DNA of 64,000 bases from a virus, in IMG/VR virus record IMGVR_UViG_3300047557_002560, positions 4,366 through 68,365 of that record; one strand, written 5' to 3'. The position numbers were made by a program, and so were the translations under genes. Positions 43,810-52,918 of this stretch are shown here, piece after piece. Within the stretch, counting starts at the first letter, position 1. Each line of letters opens with the position of its first letter. The notes beneath the pieces were generated by a model. That model was not told the origin of the DNA. It ran no database searches and saw nothing but the letters and a program-made list of their open reading frames with translations.

Positions 43810-44398
43810 AAGACTTCAATATCTAGCAGGCCTGATAAAAGAAGATCTCGATCTTTCTTATAACCCTATGTCAAATGAAGAAAGGAGAATTGATAGGGGG
43901 ATTTTACAAGAAGAGTTCGATTTAAGTGATAACCCTTTTAGTAGTCTGCTATATGATCCTGGTACAGGTTATAAAGAAGAAAAATTAAGAGATTTTTTTA
44001 AATCGTTAGATTCTAAACCTTTTTCATTTAACCGTTATTTGAAAATTGATAATCGGTGGAGTAGTGTTTACAACAATGGATTTGGTGGGGTGTTTGTTGC
44101 TGAGGCACCTATGAATCTATTTTTCGTTTTTCAAGTAATGGTAAAACCTACTAAAAAAGGTGAGCAAGTTATATGCTACTATATTAAACTGGCAAATCAC
44201 AAAGACCTCTTTGATATATTACGAATACCAGTAATAAAGAAAGAATGTGAAACTTTAACAACTTCTTTGACATCGAAAGTACTTAAACAAAGTATTAAAA
44301 CTAAAATGGACAGTTACTATAGAACAGCCGTTAATAGTATAAAAAACAAAAATAGTTATGTGATGGGTTTAATTGATGATTTAAACAAAACTAAATGA
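43802..44398 (+). CDS. putative head-internal protein (two motif copies)
   Basis: RLQYLAGLIKE-DLDLSYNPM; LQE-EFDLSDNPF. Confidence 0.6.
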   Translation: MVKRLQYLAGLIKEDLDLSYNPMSNEERRIDRGILQEEFDLSDNPFSSLLYDPGTGYKEEKLRDFFKSLDSKPFSFNRYLKIDNRWSSVYNNGFGGVFVAEAPMNLFFVFQVMVKPTKKGEQVICYYIKLANHKDLFDILRIPVIKKECETLTTSLTSKVLKQSIKTKMDSYYRTAVNSIKNKNSYVMGLIDDLNKTK

Positions 44399-44796
44399 TA
44401 AAGATCTCTGAGCTGCAAGCTATAAATAAACAACCAAGCGAAGAAGTTAAAATGAAGAACTATTTATATAGAGGTTCTCGAGATCAAATTAATTTACATC
44501 CAAACGATTACACTGTGGTAGGTAGTAGTAAAGGTACAATAGAAGGTAAGGGTCCTTTAACCCCTTCCGACCGTCCTGAGAATAGGTATAGGTCATCTGG
44601 TCATAATGCTGGCTATCCTTGGGACTTGCAGGATCCAAATATTTTTGAAAATGATGAGTTTGAGGATATTCACAAAGCCTTACTTGGTCGTGAATTCCAA
44701 ACATTAGAAGATATTAGTAAAATGGCTTCTAGAATGAGACAGACTGGATTTGAGCAAAGTCAAATAGAAGAATTTGTATTAAATTATTTAAGATGA
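44395..44796 (+). CDS. hypothetical protein
   Basis: MIKISEL start similar to neighbours. Confidence 0.65.
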   Translation: MIKISELQAINKQPSEEVKMKNYLYRGSRDQINLHPNDYTVVGSSKGTIEGKGPLTPSDRPENRYRSSGHNAGYPWDLQDPNIFENDEFEDIHKALLGREFQTLEDISKMASRMRQTGFEQSQIEEFVLNYLR

Positions 44797-45821
44797 ACAC
44801 ATTTAACATGAAGCAGTGGTTGACTGCTAACAAGGTTGGTCCTTATGCTAAGACAGTTCTTAGCGAAGAACGTGAAGCTAAAAAAGAATGGATTGAAAAA
44901 TTTAAGAAGAAGGTCAAAGAATTAGAAAAAGATAGATTTATCCAAGATCAAATCTTTATGCAACCTTCAGACTCTATAATTTCTTTTTATAAGATTACTA
45001 CTCCTCCTGAACAAGCTGCTAAAGAAGCTGTGAGAACTTTTAAACATTCTGCAAGAGAGGGTAGAGAAATGAATGAAAGGGCTAAAGAGGTGTATAGAAA
45101 TGACTCATTCGAATTTGAGTTAAACGGAAAGTATTATCTAGCTGATGTAGAACTATCATTAGATGGTAATGATCTAGTTGTTAAGGTATTAGATTTGTAT
45201 GGTACTAAGGGAGAAGAATACGAAAAGATAACAGATCCACAAGAATATAGAAACGTTACTTCCTACCTACAAACTGACGATAAGATTCAGGATAAAATGA
45301 TGAAATACTCACCTTTCCGTTCTGCTGGTTTAGGTTTGTTTGAAGATGATTTTGATCTTTCTAACAATCCACTTACAAAACGTTTTAAGAAAACTAAGAA
45401 TCAAGATCTAGAACAATCCTTTGATAATTTCGAGTATCACTTGGACGGTGAAAAATACATAGCTGATTTTAATGTTTACTATAACTACTACCACGATCGT
45501 AACGGTGAGATTTATATTAGTGATGTGGAAATAGAATTACTTGATTTAGATAAGTTAGTTGATGGTGAATATAGAACAGTAGTGGACGATAATGAAAAAG
45601 CAAAAGTCCACTCAGCAATGCTTACTCCAATGAGACTAAGCCAAATTGAATATTATTTAGAATTACCCTCTACTGCTAGAGATGAGGATCCGTATGATTG
45701 GGACGACTACTACGATGATGACAGACCAGACGAAAGTAAAACTAACGAACAAATGGGTGTGGGTTATGTAATGAAAACCAAACCTTCTGATCCTTTAGAT
45801 AGGGAACCGTTGGAAATGTGA
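44793..45821 (+). CDS. putative head-internal polyprotein with internal duplication
   Basis: two similar modules (FEFELNGKYYLADV / FEYHLDGEKYIADF) separated by LFE-DDFDLSNNPL. Confidence 0.6.
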   Translation: MNTFNMKQWLTANKVGPYAKTVLSEEREAKKEWIEKFKKKVKELEKDRFIQDQIFMQPSDSIISFYKITTPPEQAAKEAVRTFKHSAREGREMNERAKEVYRNDSFEFELNGKYYLADVELSLDGNDLVVKVLDLYGTKGEEYEKITDPQEYRNVTSYLQTDDKIQDKMMKYSPFRSAGLGLFEDDFDLSNNPLTKRFKKTKNQDLEQSFDNFEYHLDGEKYIADFNVYYNYYHDRNGEIYISDVEIELLDLDKLVDGEYRTVVDDNEKAKVHSAMLTPMRLSQIEYYLELPSTARDEDPYDWDDYYDDDRPDESKTNEQMGVGYVMKTKPSDPLDREPLEM

Positions 45822-45840
45822 AAAAAAAGTCGTATCTTCT
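45810..45840 (+). promoter_or_regulatory. -33/-7-type promoter
   Basis: AACCG-TTG-N20-TATCTTCT. Confidence 0.5.
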
Positions 45841-45915
45841 CTTAAAATATTAAGATTGTCTTTCTTAAGTCGCAGAAAGAATCGAAAAAGAAAAAGAAAG
45901 AAAAAAAGAAAAGTA

Positions 45916-46236
45916 ATGAAAAGAGTAAGTTTTTTGGGGCTACCTTCGTGTAGTTGGTGCAAAGCTTTAAAAAAGGAGCTGGATGATGTAGGAGTGTCTT
46001 ATGAGTTTGTAGATGTAAGTGGTGAGTCTAAGCTTGCTGACTTCGTAGAAGATTTATTAGAAGTTGAAAACTATCCTATAGTTATAGTACAAGACGACAA
46101 TCAAACTTACTACATCTATAGAGCTGAGCATGTGTACGAAGTTGGAGAAAAGGAATTGAAAGATGGAACTAGGAAGTACGGAACTTTAACCCTTGCTGGA
46201 TTAGTTGAAGGAATACAAAATTATATAAATAAGTAA
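45916..46236 (+). CDS. glutaredoxin/thioredoxin-like protein
   Basis: CSWC, YEFVDV, YPIV. Confidence 0.8.
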   Translation: MKRVSFLGLPSCSWCKALKKELDDVGVSYEFVDVSGESKLADFVEDLLEVENYPIVIVQDDNQTYYIYRAEHVYEVGEKELKDGTRKYGTLTLAGLVEGIQNYINK

Positions 46237-46237
46237 T

Positions 46238-46417
46238 ATGCGTTATAAATCGTTAGTTTTAAAAAAACTTGAAGCTGTTGAAAATAATATAAACGGTCTA
46301 CATTCTCTTCTCTCTCGTCCTGATCTTACTCGTGAACAAATCGAACAGTGGTTCTTGTCTGTTAAAGAAAAGCTAAATGAAATAGAGACTTTAGTTAATA
46401 CTGAAGCTGAGTCCTAA
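46238..46417 (+). CDS. hypothetical 59-aa coiled-coil protein (not in ORF track)
   Basis: ATG 46238, TAA 46415-46417. Confidence 0.65.
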   Translation: MRYKSLVLKKLEAVENNINGLHSLLSRPDLTREQIEQWFLSVKEKLNEIETLVNTEAES

Positions 46418-46423
46418 ATAAAG

Positions 46424-46454
46424 TTGCTTCCTATTTGTTTTGTTAGTATATTAT
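46424..46454 (+). promoter_or_regulatory. -33/-7-type promoter variant
   Basis: TTG-N20-TATATTAT. Confidence 0.4.
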
Positions 46455-46469
46455 TAGTAAACTAATTTT

Positions 46470-47246
46470 ATGCTATCAGCTGAACAAATTCAATCTAATC
46501 TAGAACGCTTCTATGAAATCATAGAAAATAATATTGCTGAGCCTCGTAAATCTCAGCTTCTACAACTTTACAAAAGCCAAGAAGAGATCTTGGTATTAGC
46601 TCCAGCTTCTTCAAAAGCATCTTTCCATAATTCATTTCCAGGAGGTTATGTTGATCATGTTATTAGAGTAACAGAAGCAGCAATCAATATTAGTAAAGTA
46701 TGGAATAAAATGGGTGCAGATACAGAAACCTACACATTCGAAGAGTTGGTATTTTCAGCCATTAACCACGACTTAGGTAAGTTAGGCTTAGGTGGCAAAC
46801 CTCGTTATATCCCCAATGACTCAGAGTGGCACGTAAAGAATCAAGGTACTAATTACAAGCCTAACGCAGAACTTCCTTTTCTGCCAGTTCAGGATAACTC
46901 ACTATTTATTTTACAGTCAGCTGGTATACAGGTAAGTATGAATGAATACATTGCTATTAAGATTCACGACGGTTTGTATGACGAAGCAAATAGAGCTTAC
47001 TTGATATCAGGACAAAATGAATCTAAATTGAGAACAAGCCTACCTCTTATACTTCACCAAGCAGATCTTATGGCTTCCCGTATTGAATGGGAAAAAGAAT
47101 GGTTAGATAAGGTAGGTGTTGCAAAAGCAAAAGAAGTGAAGCCTGCTACTGCATCACAATTCAAATTACAAGCTGATGCAAAGAAACTTCAATCAATAGG
47201 CAGTAAGAGCAATGCTAGCTTACTAAACGCACTTAAAACTTTATAA
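46470..47246 (+). CDS. HD-domain phosphohydrolase
   Basis: HNSFPGGYVDH, NHDLGK, IHDG, LHQAD. Confidence 0.85.
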   Translation: MLSAEQIQSNLERFYEIIENNIAEPRKSQLLQLYKSQEEILVLAPASSKASFHNSFPGGYVDHVIRVTEAAINISKVWNKMGADTETYTFEELVFSAINHDLGKLGLGGKPRYIPNDSEWHVKNQGTNYKPNAELPFLPVQDNSLFILQSAGIQVSMNEYIAIKIHDGLYDEANRAYLISGQNESKLRTSLPLILHQADLMASRIEWEKEWLDKVGVAKAKEVKPATASQFKLQADAKKLQSIGSKSNASLLNALKTL

Positions 47247-47247
47247 T

Positions 47248-47520
47248 ATGACATTTGGATTAATTATGCTTGCTGTTTGGGCAGCAACAGTAGTTGGTTG
47301 GGTAATATTCAACCTCTATAGAAAAAACGAAAAATTAGAAAACACGGTTATTAATCAAGCAAATTTTATTTCAGGTATACAAGCCTTAATTGGCGAATCA
47401 GATAGAGCTCTTAAGGATTTAGATGATAAAATATGGCTTGAGAGTGATAAGGAGCTTCAAACAGTTTTTCAAAACTTGAAACAAATTCAAAGTGCTTTAA
47501 ACCAATTTAACAGAGGGTAA
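47248..47520 (+). CDS. membrane-anchored coiled-coil protein
   Basis: N-terminal TM. Confidence 0.65.
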   Translation: MTFGLIMLAVWAATVVGWVIFNLYRKNEKLENTVINQANFISGIQALIGESDRALKDLDDKIWLESDKELQTVFQNLKQIQSALNQFNRG

Positions 47521-48293
47521 TGGTGGATGATATCTTTAAGCCTGAGGAGACGGAACCTAAATTTACAAAAGACGGGAAAGTAAGAAAAAGAAGACCTAAG
47601 AAATCTATAGACTACTTCACTCTAGGAACTCAAGATGCTATTCTTAGATACAGAAAGGAGACAAGTATGGCTAAGCGTAATAAGATCTTCAATGAAGAGA
47701 TCTACCACGCTTTCTATAAACTTGCTGAGAATATAATTCACACTTTTAAGTTCTACTATACAGAAGTAGATAATATAAACGAACTAAAGCATGAAGTAAT
47801 AGCCTTCTTACTTGAAAAGCTTCATTTATACGACGAATCAAAAGGTAAGGCATATTCCTACTTCGGAACAATTGCTAAGCGATATTTGATAGTCTATAAC
47901 AATAATAACTACAAGAGATTAAAAGGTAAAGCTGCTGTAGAGGAAGTAGACGAAGATAAAACTATAACAGGGAGATTAGTAGCACAGCAATCAGACTTTG
48001 CAGACGTAACAACTTTCTTTGACATTTTTGTAGCTTACGTTGACGATAACTTACTTGAGATCTTTCCAAAACCTCAAGAAGCTAGAGTTGGAGATGCCAT
48101 AGTAGCTTTATTTAAGAGAAAAGAACATATAGATATTTTCAATAAGAAAGCACTCTTTATCTATATTAAGGAGATCACTGACGCTCCTACACCAACTATT
48201 ACAAAGGTTATCAAACACCTAAAACAGATATATAAGGAAATGTTGAATAAATATCTGGAGGAAGGACCAAAATTTGACATTTTCGCTCAATAG
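47520..48293 (+). CDS. phage sigma factor, T4 gp55-like (late)
   Basis: region-2-like ELKHEVIAFLLEKLHLYDESKGKAYSYFGTIAKRY. Confidence 0.75.
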   Translation: MVDDIFKPEETEPKFTKDGKVRKRRPKKSIDYFTLGTQDAILRYRKETSMAKRNKIFNEEIYHAFYKLAENIIHTFKFYYTEVDNINELKHEVIAFLLEKLHLYDESKGKAYSYFGTIAKRYLIVYNNNNYKRLKGKAAVEEVDEDKTITGRLVAQQSDFADVTTFFDIFVAYVDDNLLEIFPKPQEARVGDAIVALFKRKEHIDIFNKKALFIYIKEITDAPTPTITKVIKHLKQIYKEMLNKYLEEGPKFDIFAQ

Positions 48294-48302
48294 CTATTTA
48301 TT
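48293..48302 (+). promoter_or_regulatory. candidate late promoter heading the structural module
   Basis: GCTATTTATT before ATG 48315. Confidence 0.55.
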
Positions 48303-48314
48303 TAAAAGGGTATT

Positions 48315-48656
48315 ATGGAGAATGATTCTGATCTGCTGAAAGATATTGTAAAAAATCATAAAAATAAACAATCTCAGATCAAAGTCCTAGTTGAACAGCT
48401 GACTGATATGGTAAGTGAGCCTGGTGATGCCGTTATGTTAGTACCTCTTATTAAAGGATACTTGGATTCAGATATTAAAAATGACGAGGCTTTAGTTAAG
48501 TTAGCTCAGATAGCACAGAAGGCAGCTTCACCAAGTAGTGCAGATGGTATGGGATTAAATGATAAAGATTTAGAAATGTTATTCAACGATATTCAAAAAA
48601 GTACAACTCCACTTCCTGAAAAGGAAGAAGTAAAGCAATTACCTGATGGCAACTAA
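48315..48656 (+). CDS. conserved hypothetical helical protein
   Basis: PLIKGYLDSDIKNDEALVKLAQI. Confidence 0.65.
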   Translation: MENDSDLLKDIVKNHKNKQSQIKVLVEQLTDMVSEPGDAVMLVPLIKGYLDSDIKNDEALVKLAQIAQKAASPSSADGMGLNDKDLEMLFNDIQKSTTPLPEKEEVKQLPDGN

Positions 48657-49641
48657 TAATTTCGCTTTTCAGACGTTCGCAGAACAAATAACACAAGGTG
48701 TAAACAATGCACCTAAGGAACAAGTAATAAAAAATTTAGCTAGAGTTATACACGTAGTATATGGTCCAACCATTCCTGGTACAAATATTGCAGATCAATA
48801 TTATAAAGGACCTATGTCTTTGGGGACTATAACATTTCAGTTATTTGGAGCTGCACAAGATAGAACAGCTCAAAGTGCAGGTAATCCACCCGCAACTCCT
48901 CTCTTTGGTTCAATGAAAAAGTTACCAGTCAAAGGTGAAATAGTACAAATTGTAGTAGGTGTAGGTGATATGAATGATGATAAAGAGAATCCTGCATATT
49001 ACTATACACAACCGATAGCATTATGGAAATCAGCTCATCACAATGCATTTCCTGATATGGGTGATTACGGTGAATATGTAAACAATGAAATTCAAACATA
49101 TCAACAAAGTCAACTCTCAAGAACACCTGACAATCCAGATCCAAAAGCACCAGTTAACTTTCCTTTAGGACCAGGATTTCCTGAAAAACCTAACATAAAA
49201 ACACTAAGACAATTTCCAGGTGATGTTATATTAGAGGGTAGATGGGGTAATTCTGTAAGATTAGGCTCAACTACTGCTATATTACAAGATCAAAATACTT
49301 GGTCAAATGATTCGGTACCTGGTAACCCAATAACAATAATAAGAAACGGTCAAGGTAGACAACTAGAGGAAGAAGGGTTTATTCCAACTGTAGAAAATAT
49401 TAATAGAGATCCAAGCTCTATTTACTTAACTAATGGACAAAAGATTATTATAGATGACATTCAAAATAACTTTTCTTTGGCTAGTTTAGGAGTAAATCTT
49501 CAAACAAGTATAACTTTGTCAATTCCTGTTCAACAATCACTGCAGAGTTTTGAAACAATATCGCCTTTTGAACAAGATCAAAGAGTGGCAGAAGTTACAA
49601 ATACTCAAGGTACTCCTGAAAGGACTGATTCGTTATCTTAG
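48646..49641 (+). CDS. baseplate hub/spike N-terminal (gp5 OB-fold-like) protein
   Basis: LPVKGEIV, PGDVILEGRWGNSVRLGST, PITIIRNGQ; position. Confidence 0.6.
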   Translation: MATNNFAFQTFAEQITQGVNNAPKEQVIKNLARVIHVVYGPTIPGTNIADQYYKGPMSLGTITFQLFGAAQDRTAQSAGNPPATPLFGSMKKLPVKGEIVQIVVGVGDMNDDKENPAYYYTQPIALWKSAHHNAFPDMGDYGEYVNNEIQTYQQSQLSRTPDNPDPKAPVNFPLGPGFPEKPNIKTLRQFPGDVILEGRWGNSVRLGSTTAILQDQNTWSNDSVPGNPITIIRNGQGRQLEEEGFIPTVENINRDPSSIYLTNGQKIIIDDIQNNFSLASLGVNLQTSITLSIPVQQSLQSFETISPFEQDQRVAEVTNTQGTPERTDSLS

Positions 49642-49656
49642 GTACAACTTTAAAAA

Positions 49657-50076
49657 ATGGCAACACCACAATTTCCATATTTAGGCAATCAAGCAATAGT
49701 AAGCTCAGGTAGAGTGGTTATACATTCCTATGATGACTATATTTTCCATTTTGGTAAAAAAGGAGTCTCTATATCAACACCTGGTACATTTACTATGGAT
49801 GTTGGAGAAAAAACAGTGGTAGCCTCTAATAGGATTGAATTAGGTTTCAATGCAGTAGAACCTGTTTTATTAGGTAGATCTACTACGCTAAATTTAAGTT
49901 TTCTTTTAGATAACCTTAGTGAATTGTGTGATGGATTATCTAAATTAAATGCTAAGAATCTAGAAGCTGCCCTACCTAAAGTAGTTCAACAAGCTATTAT
50001 ATTGAAAGAAGTTAGTTTATCTGTTAAGAATAGGTTATCGACTGATTGTTTATCTAAAAATACATTTACCAAGTAA
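49657..50076 (+). CDS. baseplate spike C-terminal-like protein
   Basis: QAIVSSGRVV...EPVLLG; position. Confidence 0.55.
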   Translation: MATPQFPYLGNQAIVSSGRVVIHSYDDYIFHFGKKGVSISTPGTFTMDVGEKTVVASNRIELGFNAVEPVLLGRSTTLNLSFLLDNLSELCDGLSKLNAKNLEAALPKVVQQAIILKEVSLSVKNRLSTDCLSKNTFTK

Positions 50077-52022
50077 TGCCTTTAGGTGAAGCATTAGAAA
50101 AGATAGTACTGAGAGCTGCTCAATTTGTAGGCACATTACAAGTGGGTGTGAATAAGATATTATGGGGTACTAACAGAGAAGTGAGAACACCTACAGCAGT
50201 ATACAATACAGAAAGTAATCAAGTAGAGACAAAAGGATTCGTTGGTAGACAAGTACAAGAGATAAAACGTTTTGCCGAATCTGGTTTATTCAATGCACTG
50301 GACGTATTAGCTTCTGTTGATTTGTGTAACGTACTAATGTACATATTTGATAACATCAATATTAAAAAACAGAAGAGACCTGAGAGACCTTGGACAGAAG
50401 CACAGACAGGTTTATTTAAAATACAAGACGGAGCATTGTTAATACAAACAGCAATAGACAAGTATTTAGCATATCCCAACTTATTTATTGGATCCTATTT
50501 AGGTACGGGTCCAAATCCAATTACACAACAGGAAGCCATAGATCAATCAGGTACACCACTTGATTCAGATAACATATCTGGTATTGCAGTAGAGAAGTAT
50601 AATGTTTATAATTTAACAAAGTCTATACAAGACATAATTAGAACAATTGTTCCACAAGGAGATTCAGGTTTTACTAATGAAGACAGAGAGATACTTAGTC
50701 AAGTACCTGCATTGGCTGGTAACTTAAATATACTTGAAGACATTACTAAATTCTTTTCTAAGTATACTGATTACAGAAACATAACAAACGAAGACCTTGT
50801 AAAGCTTCAAAATAAGATTCAAACATTACGTGCTGTATGTGTTACAATTCAAAATCTTAACTTCCAAAGTGCATTAGCACTGGCTGGGAACTTTTTAGGT
50901 AATGACGTTCGTAGCGAAGTACAAAAGATAAGTCAGTTGATGGATCCTAAAAAGATTCTAAGAATACTTAAACAAATAAGTAACTCAGTTCAATCTTTCA
51001 TTAGAATAGCTAGAAAGATACAAGGAATTATTCAGCAAGCTCAGTTTATTATAAAAATATGTATTCTCTTAGTTAAAGTATTTAAGTTTGTAAGAGCATT
51101 TTTCAAAGGCAATCCCCTTGGGAGTTTATTTACCACAGCTGGTATACAAACTGCTCTATCTGAAGCAAACCAAGCTGCTAGAGAAGCATCTGAAGATCTA
51201 ATTAAATTGTTAAAAAGTATCAATTCTTTATTACAAGTAGTTACATCCTTTGTAAGATACTTACTTGCTAATGCAAATGAACTACTTGTTAGATTGAATG
51301 CTATTATTTTACAACTAGAAGCATGCGATGCTGTAAAAGATTCCGATGTAGTAGCTGAGTTAATAAAAACAAGAGATGATTTACAGGCTCTAAGAGATGA
51401 ACTTAATCAATACATAATTAATGTAGACAGTAGAACAAATACAGATCAAACAGAATTTGGTCAGTATTCTATAAGAATTGTAAGAGAGGAATTAACTGAT
51501 AATGCAATAAGGAATCCTAGAAGAAGAGGTATTGCACTAGATCAAAACGGATACATAGCAGTATCATCAGACTTAACTTTTGCAACAAACAACTCGGTTA
51601 TAATAGAAGAAGTTAAAATTAAACTTATTTCTGCAGGTTTAGTTTTACCAACCTTAGCAACACTAGATGGAGCAGATTTAGCTATTGTAAGTGAATCTAT
51701 TGACTTTTTAGACAACAACGATATATTGCAGAATAACCTAAACATAGATAGTTTCGAAGGTTTAGATAATCCAGATAACCAAGACGAAAATCAAGGACTT
51801 GGACTAAATGCTTTTATAAATAATCTACCTGGTGGTAAGAGATTGAGAAAGAGGATGAGAACTGCTTTATCGAATGCATCTAGTAATTTGAAAACTAAAA
51901 TAGACAACGAAAAACAAGAATCAAACTCAACATTAGGAGTCAACACAAATACAGCCAATGCACAAACAAGGACTAATCAAAATCAAGCACAAGTTGTTAG
52001 AAACCCTAGAAGTTCAGGTTAA
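50076..52022 (+). CDS. large helical virion protein
   Basis: 648 aa in the structural operon. Confidence 0.55.
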   Translation: MPLGEALEKIVLRAAQFVGTLQVGVNKILWGTNREVRTPTAVYNTESNQVETKGFVGRQVQEIKRFAESGLFNALDVLASVDLCNVLMYIFDNINIKKQKRPERPWTEAQTGLFKIQDGALLIQTAIDKYLAYPNLFIGSYLGTGPNPITQQEAIDQSGTPLDSDNISGIAVEKYNVYNLTKSIQDIIRTIVPQGDSGFTNEDREILSQVPALAGNLNILEDITKFFSKYTDYRNITNEDLVKLQNKIQTLRAVCVTIQNLNFQSALALAGNFLGNDVRSEVQKISQLMDPKKILRILKQISNSVQSFIRIARKIQGIIQQAQFIIKICILLVKVFKFVRAFFKGNPLGSLFTTAGIQTALSEANQAAREASEDLIKLLKSINSLLQVVTSFVRYLLANANELLVRLNAIILQLEACDAVKDSDVVAELIKTRDDLQALRDELNQYIINVDSRTNTDQTEFGQYSIRIVREELTDNAIRNPRRRGIALDQNGYIAVSSDLTFATNNSVIIEEVKIKLISAGLVLPTLATLDGADLAIVSESIDFLDNNDILQNNLNIDSFEGLDNPDNQDENQGLGLNAFINNLPGGKRLRKRMRTALSNASSNLKTKIDNEKQESNSTLGVNTNTANAQTRTNQNQAQVVRNPRSSG

Positions 52023-52070
52023 TGATATATAACTAAATTAAGAAACATTTAATCACCATATTTATTAGAT

Positions 52071-52508
52071 ATGAGCAAATTAGATTCATTAAGACGATTA
52101 ATTAGAGAGGAGGTAAGAGCTGTGTTCCAAGAAGAATTGGCTGGTATATTGAAGGAAGCAATAATGGTTCCAAAAGGCACTTCATCTATTGTAGAATCTG
52201 TAAAACCACCAAAACCAAGTATACCTGGCACTCTTAATAGAGCTAAACCTACCCCATTTGTAGCACCTAATTTAGGAGTAGGTAATCCACTCAACAACCT
52301 GCTTGCTGAAACAGCGATATCCATGACCTCTCAAGATATTGGAGCTTTTGGCGGACAAGAATTTTCTAGAGAACCACAAGTAGTGGAATCAGTTGATGGT
52401 ATGTTTGCAACTGCTAGAAAAAGCTCAAATTTTGATGCTATAGAAATAACTGACGTACCTGATTTTACTGGATTGATGAACAAAATGAAAACTAACGGAG
52501 AAATCTAA
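52071..52508 (+). CDS. virion-associated hypothetical protein
   Basis: CATATTTATT 52057-52066 upstream; LRRLIREEV, LKE. Confidence 0.6.
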   Translation: MSKLDSLRRLIREEVRAVFQEELAGILKEAIMVPKGTSSIVESVKPPKPSIPGTLNRAKPTPFVAPNLGVGNPLNNLLAETAISMTSQDIGAFGGQEFSREPQVVESVDGMFATARKSSNFDAIEITDVPDFTGLMNKMKTNGEI

Positions 52509-52918
52509 TGGCATACAACATAAAAACTAGAAATGTCTTAGATCTTAAACCTTCAATAGGAATTGGAGTTTCATTACCTTTTGATAATCCAGCAGTTTTT
52601 GAAACAGTTTACACCACTGCAGAACAGTTAAAATACAACATAATAAACTTTCTTTTAACTGATAGAAGAGAGAGGATTTTTAATCCTAACTTTGGTGCTA
52701 ATATAAGAGCACAGTTATTTGAACAGATAAATGTTGACACTTACGATAGTTTAGAGCAACAGATAAGAAGTGGGATAGAAAACTACTTTCCTAACGTAGT
52801 TATAGTAGAATTAAATGTAACAGGTCAACCAGATAGGAATTTAATTCAAATAAGGTTTTCGTATTCAATAGCAAGCACAGGAGATTCAGATACTATAATA
52901 CTAGATTTAAATGGCTAA
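52508..52918 (+). CDS. baseplate wedge gp25-like protein
   Basis: IGVSLPF, NIINFLLT.RRERIFNPNFG, YFPNV. Confidence 0.85.
   Translation: MAYNIKTRNVLDLKPSIGIGVSLPFDNPAVFETVYTTAEQLKYNIINFLLTDRRERIFNPNFGANIRAQLFEQINVDTYDSLEQQIRSGIENYFPNVVIVELNVTGQPDRNLIQIRFSYSIASTGDSDTIILDLNG

Noticed and set aside
52049-52324. Minus-strand 91-aa ORF and other antisense ORFs in the track (3208, 4468, 8763, 32924, 50219 and similar)
   Set aside because: Fully overlap well-supported + strand genes and lack the conserved leaders.
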